The position numbers and the translations under genes are program-made. A stretch of 60,300 nucleotides of DNA, the filler included, from Sphacelaria rigidula (lineage: Eukaryota), in assembly GCA_964200075.2 (NCBI GenBank). It is 7 parts of 7 records of this genome, joined end to end, with 100 filler letters (N's around TTAATTAATTAA, not from the genome) between each part and the next. Parts side by side here need not be neighbours in the genome. Positions count along the whole stretch, not along the records: positions 43,145 to 51,672 come from CAXNAA020010880.1; positions 51,773 to 60,300 come from CAXNAA020010881.1; 5 more parts are not named here. One strand, 5' to 3'. Below the pieces are notes generated by a model. The model made no database searches and had not been told where the DNA came from. It was given only the letters and a program-made list of their open reading frames with translations. Shown here in pieces: positions 50,288 through 60,300 of the stretch (position 1 is its first letter; each line of letters opens with the position of its first letter).

Positions 50288-51672
50288 AGCACTCTAAACT
50301 GTGGATCGTTCACACCGTCTTGATCCAGCTGAGGCTGACAATAGTCAGCTGTGCCCAAGGCAGCGTCTTGTGCGCGCCTAGCTTTATCGTTCACGCATCA
50401 CAAGCAGGGAAATGCTGATACCACGACGGCGGCAGAGAGGCCCTCTGTGTGCCAAGGGTTGCTACTCCGTGACTGGTCCACTGTAGTGTGATGAACACGA
50501 TAGTTGTGATAGATGCCCAACTTTGCTTTTCATGGCACAGCGTATAGATTGTTGAGCGGCTGTGACAGTGGTTGTGGGTGTGGTGTTGGATCCTCTTCGG
50601 TCCGTACTGAAGACTGAAGAGTCATATCTGATTTCAGTATGGAGTGCTCCAAACACGGCCCTGATGCTGAAGGTTTTTCACTGTGGAATTCATACCGTTA
50701 TCGACTTTCCCCCTTCCGTTCTGACCCCGAAACGCGAAAAAAACAGTCTTTGAAACTCTGCAATTTCCGCAGGTACTGGTAGCAGCCGATCTGACTGGTA
50801 GCCGCGAGGGACGCGGATTTGGCGCGCTCACACCGACAACTCGCCAGAGACACTGGTTGAAACTTACTTATTGTTGCTGTTATTGTTTGCTGTGGTTGTT
50901 TTCACACTGAACCCGTTCGGTAACTGCGCAGTACCCCACTGCAGGTATCCGATTCGGACGCCCTCCATGGCCACAGCCTCACTACCCGAAATTAGGTTTG
51001 TTAAGGAAACAAAATATAAAAGACGGACACAGACAGGTTCACACAGACGCGACGCAAGAAAAGAAAAACAAATACCTCTACCCTTGTAAGTTCCGGTGCC
51101 GCAGCTGACCGTTCGGATGGCTGGAGGCAAAGTCGAATGCTTCCACTCGGCGCGTGAAGCCAAACAGAGATGAAGCCAATAAACTCAGAAAAAAACATAC
51201 ATCAACCACAGCAACAAAAATCGCAAGGTTATATCCTTGTGTCTATCGAGGGACAACTTTACGTACGAATAAATTTCGCAGAGCGAGGAAGACATCGCAT
51301 GACAACACATCACCTCGGGAAAGGGGTACATGGGGAGGCAGGAATTAGTAAGAGAAAGGAAGACGTGGGAAGATGGTGGGGATTCCTGCTACCTCCGCCA
51401 TGTTCACAGTCCGGTACATATCTGGCTACACTTTCTGCCATCTCCCTCTTGCTCGCCTCGGCCGCATTGGTGTCCTCATTGTGAACCTTTCTTCGCCCAC
51501 TCCTCTGTTTATCCCCCTCCTCCCTCTGAGTCATCATGCTCCGTCTCGAAAAGGATGCGTGGTCAAAGGTCACACGACGAAGGCAAGCAACAAATGAGGA
51601 CGAGCACGTGCCCCCCCCCCCTCCCCAGCGTCTCCAGCGTCGGCAACACCAACTAGCGGAGACGGATAGGGA

Positions 51673-51772
51673 NNNNNNNNNNNNNNNNNNNNNNNNNNNN
51701 NNNNNNNNNNNNNNNNTTAATTAATTAANNNNNNNNNNNNNNNNNNNNNNNNNNNNNNNNNNNNNNNNNNNN
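51673..51772. other. Artificial contig spacer
   Basis: Identical N44-TTAATTAATTAA-N44. Confidence 0.98.
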
Positions 51773-52070
51773 ATTTGGAGTTAGACCCTGAAATTTGGTA
51801 TGGATTATGCATGGGGCAAAATAAAAAATCGGGAAGAAGCACATCAAGTTTTTTTTATTTTTTTCGTGAGTTTAGGGCGATAATCAGTTTTCAGGTTTCA
51901 GCAAAGCGCCCTCATCACACGACAAAAAAAAAAAATCAATGTGCTTCTTCCCGATTGTTTATTTCGCCCCATGCATCATCCATACCAAATTTCAGGGTCT
52001 AACTTCAAATATTGGCCGGCGCATCCGCCTGCAAACTATCATGCAGCCTCTAGGCTGGCCCAGCCTGTAG
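51773..52070. mobile_element. Hairpin module A, second copy (truncated by contig start)
   Basis: Inverted arms around gataatcagttttcagg, followed by gcctgcaaact...tctaggctggcccagc. Confidence 0.75.
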
Positions 52071-53730
52071 GGTTGGGGCTAACGCTTACTCGAACCATAC
52101 TGATCCATCGATATCAGTATGTGTCAATTGGCGATTGTCATCATTCAGTGGTCCTATTGCAGCCCTATGACAGGAATTCCAGGTATACTCTTGATTTTGG
52201 TTCAGAGCGTTGGCATTTGTTGACCCATCCACTGTGTGTCCAGGAAAATAACTTGCGGGGGAAAACAGCCAACATGTGAACAATAGGAACATGAAGTAAT
52301 ACCCCGGTCTTCTCCATCTGATGTTGGAGTTGAATCTATAACGGCAGCACTTCTACGCGCAGTTTGCGCGCCGTCGAACCCTTTCCTGCCAAATAAATAA
52401 CGGCAGTATCACATGCATCTGAAACAACCCCGTATAAAATTAAATGACGAAGAAGAAACAAAAACCATGGTGTGGATGCTAGAAGCCCAAGGTCTTCGAG
52501 ATAGACGGACCAGAGAGCAAATCTCGCAACTTCGGAGTTTCACATAGCAACCGCACCTTGGTTTCAACATATGACCCAAAAATTGCGGGAAAATATTGTA
52601 CGTCACTTATAGGAATATTGCAGAAATACAGTTCAAGCATGACACACATGCGTCAGTGCGTGCAACATACGGCGACAACGGGATATAACGATCAATAAAT
52701 GAATAAGTAGCCCATAAAAATGCCAGAATGCAAGAAAACTCGAAAACATTATATTACAGTTGACGTCGAAAGTAGCAATCACGACTGTCACAACTACGAA
52801 CGACCGCCTCCAAGGTCTACATCTCGCCGCCGTCGATAACCTGCAAAGGTTTCAAGTTCGCTTTGCAAGTAGACGCCTCCGCTGTGTCAGTGGAAGTCTC
52901 CGTAGATGGCTGCTCCAAATAACTCAATCTAGTACGTAGATCGTCGGACGAATGTGGTCAGTCTGCGAGGTTGCGCTGCACCATCGGCATTCGTGTTTTC
53001 TTGCATCACGGCACCTGCAACACAGTGTTCGTAATGGTTAACACAACAAGCAAGCAAGTCCAGAGTCGTTAAGCAACGCGAGTTAACTTCAGCAGTATCG
53101 CGTTTCTGTGGATCATGTGAATTCATCAATCCAAAGGGTTACCTGTAGTTCTTGAGCTTGTTTACACGTACTGATTGGCGTCTACAGTAGAGCAGCCAAG
53201 AATACCAGGACATGCTCAATTCACCGAAGGAATATCCGATTGTGTACAGTAAACGTTTTGAGTACGTGAGCTCTCCTGGGAAAATAGTTCCTGTCTCCCC
53301 CCCCGACTCCTCAATCTCTTGAATATATCAACTTCCTTAGATACCCTGCTTTGTACCTCGCAAAGAGACAAGTGACGAATTGTGTGATATTTCCACGAAA
53401 CGGGTCCAGCCTGTGTGCAGGGTGCGGACGATGTGACGGTAACCGGCCACGCGTCAACAAGGGAAGGCCTGGCTCGCGCAGATTGATTGATTTGATGGAG
53501 TGATTGTCGCACTTTGAGTGACCCCCCAGGGATCCAGCTGTGGTCACATTATAGACATGCCCAAGAGAAACTAAGCTGAAACACTCGCTGAAGAAAAAGA
53601 AGGAAGAAAGCAGAGTGCTAACTAAATGCAGATGTGTTCGTGGCAATAATCATCATTACATCAATGTGGTTGCGAATGGACGGTGGTTCTTGCTTCGTTC
53701 ATAATACCGCGAGATGACACGATGACGGAT

Positions 53731-54323
53731 ACGAGCTGGGCCAGCCACGAGCAGGTGTGAATCTCGTCCAGGCGACGCACGGCGCAATATTAGGAGTTGG
53801 TTGCTGAATTTTGACAGCAGCTTTTTATAACCGAAATGCAGAAGATCCCGTGAGCAGCAAAGAAAAAAAGAAGTAATTAGTCAGAGGTATTTCAAATTTC
53901 ACAAAAAACAAGAAAATGTCGGAAGTCCAGGAAAAAAAGGAGAACCTGCAGCTGGTCACGTGAGAGCATCAGTTCCTTGGGTGCAGAAGGTCTACCCGAA
54001 ATTTCAATAGTCGTCGAATTGAGCCGTGCGTTTACCGTTTTCTGGGACGCTGCTGCACCCCTATAAATCGAGTGATAGGAGACTCCAGCTATGGAGGTCA
54101 TGAGTTCGAATTCCGACAGATTATCTTTTATGTTCTCGTCCGTCGTTAAGGTCACACATTATGCAGCACATTTGTTTTCATTTTTTTTCATTCAGCGGCG
54201 GTGCCGGGTGTTACCAGGTTGGTCTACACTTCACAGTGATATGCTTACATCGGGTTCATCCGGGAAACTGGGAAAGCTGTGGTGTGAGCAAGTTTCAGCC
54301 ACTTTGAAGCTGGCCCAGCTCGT
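53731..54323. mobile_element. Non-autonomous Tc1/mariner-like element
   Basis: Perfect 15-bp TIR acgagctgggccagc / gctggcccagctcgt in a TA-CGAG context. Subterminal sequence shared with 58622-58752. Confidence 0.75.
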
Positions 54324-54611
54324 CGTGAAAACTGCTCAAGACTAACAGTGTCACGATGCGATATATCAATGCGATGCGGGACAGAAAGCTGTGGTGTGAG
54401 CAAGTTTTAGTCACTTTGAAGCTGGCCCAGCTCGTAGTGAAAACTGCTCAACACTAGCAGTGTCACGATGCGATATATCAATGCGATGCGGGACAGAAAG
54501 CTGTGGTGTGAGCAAGTTTTAGCCACTTTGAAGCTGGCCCAGCTCGTAGTGAAAACTGCTCAACATTAACAGTGTCACGATGCGATATATCAATGCGATG
54601 CGGGACAGAAA
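54272..54611. repeat. Near-perfect tandem triplication of a 112-bp unit
   Basis: Units start at 54272, 54384 and 54496. Confidence 0.95.
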
Positions 54612-55466
54612 CGAAATCCCTGGCGAAAACCACATGATTGAAGCTGTCGATATCTGGCTCAATATCAAAACACTTTTTCTAGGCGTGGGCACCGAATGAC
54701 TGTGATTTGTTGTGGAAGTGTCATCTGGGGAAAGTTATTCGACGACTCGAGTTTTTCATACGAGGGTAGTATTTTACGGCAAGTAGTAGATACGAACTAT
54801 CTATTTTCTCCGCAAACACTAAGACTCACACAACAAAGAGGATGTGAGATATGACCGCGCAGCACAATCTTTGTCTCAAAATATGGATCATAGAACGGAA
54901 CTTGGATGGATTTCAGCGAATTCCGGTCGTGAACCTACAGGTCGGGAACTTGGTTAGGTCGAGCTGACATCAACTATTTCAACTTGCCACATACAGCTTC
55001 AGCAGCAAAACCCCTCCGGTTTCAAGATGTCTACTGCCAGAACACACGAACAGCCACGAGCTTCAAAGGCTTTGAAAAACCGAAACCCTCAAATTTCACT
55101 TCACAATTTCAAAGCTCCAAGGAGCTGGCCCGCAAGTATGTTTGGAACCCAGTTGTGAAATATTCGCAGGCAGGGTCAACCTGCTTGGAGGTGTCCCTTA
55201 GACTTGTTTTCCACGACCATACCACGTGTTTGTGGAAACAAGATGTATCTAATCAATTGCAACAATCCCGCATCAGTAGTTATGCCCCCAAACAAATCCC
55301 TGTCAGAGATGGAACGTGGCGCCACCTCTAAATATGTGCAGAGGTTCCTTTCTTGAAAACAAATGCCGTTACTTCTAATCCAACACCATCGTTTATTGAA
55401 AACAATCGTCACCGGAGCCCAAGTTCCTGACCTCAAAAGTGTTCCCGCTTCGCGTAATGGATTCAA

Positions 55467-58400
55467 TTACGTTTCTGGAGCTCCAAACAACGCCATCATC
55501 TCCTCTTCGAGATCCTGCGCTTGGTCCAATTGCCCTTCCGCGCGGCAAGCCGCCACGGCACCATTGTAACTCTTTTCACTCGGCGCCAGCCCAGCCACCG
55601 ACGTCTCCCTCAAAAGTCCCACTGCCTCTTCCCATTTACCACATTTTCCGCACCCTGTTATTGCCGAAGCGTAGCTTTGTGCATCCGGGGCAATCCCCAC
55701 CGTCTTCATCTCCCTCAATAAAGTCATGGCTTGTCTCCACTCGCCACTAAACTCGCACGCTGCAATAGCAGAATTGTAACTAGTCAGATCCGGCGCGATG
55801 CCAACCACGGCCGGTGTCTCATCGCTCCTCTTACTATCGTCATCATTTTCAACCGCTGCTATAACCGAGTGGTAACTACTCATATTCGGCGTGCCACCCG
55901 CGGCGGAAATTTGTCTCAGCACGACCAGGGCTTGCTTCCACTGACCACCCTTCGCACACCCTGCGATGGCCGCATTGTAGCTGGTCAGATCAGGGATAAC
56001 CCCAACCGTCTGCATCTTTTCTAGCAACGCAAGCCCCTCCTGACATGCACCGCCATTTCCGCACGCCGCGATAGCCGCGTTGTAGCAGATCACATCCGGT
56101 GCCACCCCTGCCGCTTCCATTTCCACTAACAACGCCAACGCCCGTTCCCACTCGCCGCCATTTCCGCACGCGGTAATGGCCGCGGAGTACGAATACGCGT
56201 CCCCAGAGCATCCTGCGGCTGACATTTCCGACAAGAGAGCAACGGCCTGTTCCCATGCACCATCGGTGGCACACGCCGCGATAGCCGCATTGTACGTGAC
56301 TGTATCAGGACTTACTCCAGCGGATGGCATACCCCTCAGCAGAGTCAATGCTTCGTTCCATCTTCCGACTTTAGCCAACGCTGAAATCGCCGTGGCGTAG
56401 ACGTGAACGTTTGGGACGACACCTGCGGTTAGTAGCTCCTCCAAAAGGGCCAACCCCTCCTTCCACTCACCAGCGTCCCCGCAGGCCGTGATAGCCGAGG
56501 AGTAGGTATATATGTCGGGAGCGATTCCCGACTTTTGCATCTCCCTCAACAGTGACACTGCCTCCCTCCATTGACCACCATTCCCGCACGCCACGATGGC
56601 CGAATTGTAGCAAATCGCATCCGGCATGATATTCGCTCCCGGCATCTCTCGCAACAAATCCACTGCCTGCTGCCACGCCCCGGACTTCGCGCACGCGGAA
56701 ATCGTAGCCCCGTAGATGAAGATGTTCGGGGCGATCTTGAGAGTGTCCATCTCTCGTAACAACGCCAGGGCGTGCTCCCACTGACCAGCCCTGCCTACAG
56801 CTTCAATGCATTCCCTGTAGCACACATCATCCGGGTTTGTGCCCGCCGCAGGCATCTCTCGCAGCAGAGCTAACGCCTGCTCCCACTCTCCAGCATTCGC
56901 GCAGGCCTTGATTGCAGCACTCATGCAAAATACATCAGGTTGCACTCCGTCGGCCCGCATTTTATCCAAAATACTTCGAGCCTCTTGCACTTTACCGGCG
57001 CGCCCGCAGGCTGCTATGGCCATCGCATAGCATACGATATCAGGGGGTAAGCCAGTCGTCGATACCTCCTCCAAAAGATCCAGTGCTTCAGCCCACCTGC
57101 CACACTTTCCACAAGCCGTAATGGCCGCCCTATAAGATGCAATGTCCTTGAAAATTGCCATCTGGTCCATTTCCTTCAACAGGGCCAATGCCTGCTCCCA
57201 TTGAGAAGCTCGCCAACAGACTGTAAGGGCAGCATTATAGCTCACCACGTTCGGAGCGATGCCCACTTCTGGCATTTTTCTCAACAGATCCATGGCCTGC
57301 TGCCACTCATGGGCAAGGCCACAAGCCGTAATGACTGTAGTGTACGATACAACGTTCGGCTTGGCGCCGGATTCTGATATGCCCCTCAACATCTCCAAAG
57401 CCTCTTTCCACTCACCCGCCTGGGCGTGGGCGTTTAGCGCAGCATTCCAGCAATATACGTTCGGTTTGATCCCGGCAAGCTTCATCCTGTCCAGAATACC
57501 TATGGCGTCTTGCACTCGGCCACACTTTCCCAACTGGCGGATGCAGCTGCCGTACATGTACAATGTCACGACCGGAATCGTGCCACCACCAGCCGCTCGC
57601 CCTGCAGTCCGAACGGTGACCCACAGGGAATTGGTTTAAAAATTAAGTCGAGAGGGGAAAAGAGCAGATATTCATGGCAATCCTTACCCCGTACATTTGA
57701 AAAAGCCTCTGCATTCACGGTTCATTGGCGAAGAGATGGGTGGACGAATTCCGCGACAATTTCACACCTGACCACGGCTGTCATCCTGTTGACTATGCTG
57801 ATACGTAATGCACACAAAAATTGATAGTTCTACGAGTTGGGCCGGCCATCAGTGATTTTTTAACGCAGAGTGGAGATGCTATTGGCATTTCGAAGAGTTG
57901 GATGCTGAAATTTTGACACGACATTTCTATTATCAATCCGCGCAACCCCGTGAGGGGTGCCACGGGGGAAAAAAAAAAAGGGAATTAGAGCGGGTTGAGG
58001 TTTCAGCAAAAATAGGGAAAATGCATGAACTTCATCAAAAATTGGTTAAAACGATGACAACGCTACGGCACATACGGGTACTCGCGTCAACCACATCCTT
58101 GTAAAGTTTCAGCTGGAAATACGTAAAATTGAGCTTAGAGTCGCACTTTTTGTGTGACCCCGGTGGTCAAACTGATACAACAGCCTTAAATGATACAGGT
58201 CACGAGTTCGAATCCCGACACGACAACAACTTTTTTGTGCACACTAATCGTGCATAATTTCTCGTACCTCTGGGTTGCAAAGGGTCTCGATATTTTGGTG
58301 ACGGTCTTGCTTTGGGGGGGGGGGGATGACGCAGTTTTAAGTAGTACTTCTCTCTCGTGCGGTGATACACGACAGTTGGCTCGGAGGTTCTCTCCCATTA

Positions 58401-59083
58401 TGGAGCTTATGACGAGCTTGATGCCATCTTGCAGCACGACCAGTGTGCTCTTGCCCGGGCATGTCGGGTGTGCATGTGCTTATGCGGCGCACCGGTCTAT
58501 CGTACTTCCGCCGCATTTTGTTAAACGAAACGTGACCAGACACGTTGTCACGCAATGGCGAGAGACGTACCTGGTACTCAATGCAGAACAATAACATCAT
58601 CGCCAAAACTGCGCCAATCAAGCAGCGGCGGTGCCGTGTCTTACCAGGTTAGTCTGCAATCCACAGCGATATGCTGAAGTCGCGCTGATTCGGGAAACTT
58701 AAGCAGTTGTAGTGCAGAGAAAGGATGTGGGATTTACTGCCGGCCCAGCTCGTGCCTCATATTTGAACATGTTTACGTCGAGTATAACTTTGCGGTGTTG
58801 AGTATTTACCGGCATTAGGAAAAAAATAGTGGGTCTTTTCTGGGCATCTCACCATATTTGCCTGCACTCGCCGTTCCGCCTGAAGAACTTTGCTTCTCCA
58901 AGGCTTCTGCTTCATCCAGGGCACGCATGACGCTTTGCCAGTCACCTCTGGGGAGACGCTGAACGTTCTCCACGAAGTGTCTCGAGTATGCACTATCTTG
59001 CCGTCGGCTCGCCCAAGAAATACATGCATTAGCACGTGGTGTTCTAAAACCGCCACGGACTCCCCCGCCGTCGTCTGGCGTGC
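55467..59083 (-). CDS. P-class pentatricopeptide repeat (PPR) protein, 20 motifs (motif 17 degenerate); 5' end incomplete
   Basis: Terminal exon 57601-55467 (ctgcag acceptor, TAA stop) has 35-aa repeats of type DVVSYNAAIxACxxxGxWxxALxLLxEMxxxGxxP. Upstream exon 59083-58853 (cccag|...TAT G|gtgaga) is phase-compatible. Confidence 0.93.
57833..58752. mobile_element. Tc1/mariner-like non-autonomous element in the PPR intron
   Basis: TA-cgagttgggccggc...gccggcccagctcg-TG; same TIR family as 53731. Confidence 0.7.
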
Positions 59084-60300
59084 CTGGGCAGAACAGGTTG
59101 GTCGTAATGTTGCGGAATCAGTACTGCAGCAGCATTTAGCATGCTGTACCGACCTGCTTCGAAGTGACGAGCACAGCAGCTTGCCAACGTCCACGAGGAA
59201 AGGACATGGTACCACATGCCTAGCACATAAAAACGACGCAAGCATCAAAGCATGTCCCCCATATCTGCCACAGCCGTGCATGCCCAACAAGGGGGATAGA
59301 CGTGTGTAGACAACACCCTCAGAAGCACAATTTACGGTTTAGTCAATACAATACATTTAGTGCTGTGATATGATACGGCACTGTAAGTTCTCCAATACTG
59401 ACATTTTTGTCGTTTGGATACTGCGAAGGTTTTTCAACGGGTGATGGTACAATGATTCTACAACACCGTACTGCAGTGTACCGCCTGTACCGCAGTATCA
59501 CCGTCGACCCTCCTGACGTGGTATGTCATGTGGGAAAAATACTTACGAACTTGTGGCAATTTCATTGAAACAGGTACAGTCGCTAGGAGCATAATCAATT
59601 GTGAGTGAAGGAAGAATGTTGATTGCAACACGAGAGATTAGCCGCTGCCACCCCAAGACAAACCTGTTTCCAAAAACTACCCGGGTTAATGGAGCAATGC
59701 TTACGGTACTGTACTGGATGGAATGTACAATGCGACGGTACCACCAAAATATACATGAGCCATGAAAAACCCCACCAATCCAACTTTCGTCACACACAAG
59801 AGACTGCTACCTAGGCAGCAGCTGCCAACAGGAGGGGCGTTGCATTGCCACAGCGACGACACCAACAGCCCGTGAGAAATGCAAGCTGAAGTTGACGTAG
59901 AGTGGCCCGGATTGTCGCTGACTGGGAACAAGGGAAGAAGGTGAGGGGCACCCGGGAACTGGCATTCCTGTCTATTCCAATGGATTACTGTATTTTCTCC
60001 TTGGCTTGTAGCTCCACCTCTGTTTCCTGGTTCTGTTTATTTTTCTTATATTTGTTCCCGAATTTTTGTTGTATACGTTCCTCATTTTATTTTCCCCCGC
60101 ACCTCTTCGTCCATTTCTTCCCCCTTCCAAAGCCAGAGGCGCAATGGACATGGACGAGGCAATGCAAAGGGAAGAAGAAAGAACGCTCCGTTCTTGACTA
60201 TATAGTGGTATAGCATGAAAAGAGTGAAGAAATGGAAGTACATGTGTGCGCGGTAGACGTGGGAACCACATATCACTGCCTAATATGGACAGAAAGCCAA

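Noticed and set aside
59812-59922. Possible additional 5' exon of the PPR gene
   Set aside because: Splice-like sites are present, but the frame and start are ambiguous and there is no motif support.
1-60300. Functional cluster linking the FMO, YHS, CCR4-like and PPR genes
   Set aside because: They lie on different, arbitrarily concatenated contigs.

Overview
This is eukaryotic, intron-rich and repeat-rich DNA, most consistent with a brown alga (Phaeophyceae); the taxon is inferred from gene architecture and repeat style, not proven. The window is not one locus. It is seven unrelated contigs of 8530, 8529, 8529, 8528, 8528, 8528 and 8528 bp joined by identical 100-bp N44-TTAATTAATTAA-N44 spacers. 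Main result: contig 1 carries an 8-exon, phase-consistent, partial minus-strand gene (468 aa reconstructed). In it, the C-terminal WAX2 (CER1/CER3-type acyl-reductase) domain, with the Cys of the ACH motif intact, is fused within a single exon, through a ~66-aa linker, to a class-B flavin monooxygenase of YUCCA-like aspect. Two of its seven introns are GC-AG. Other genes: one exon of a YHS-domain protein, one exon of a Bfr1/PPI1-like coiled-coil protein, a 3-exon ~883-aa acidic disordered protein, two exons of a CCR4/nocturnin/angel-family EEP enzyme, and a 20-motif P-class PPR protein. The rest is two tRNA-derived SINE families, decayed RTE-like LINEs, several MITE/foldback families (TA-flanked, piggyBac-like, nested hairpins) and satellites.
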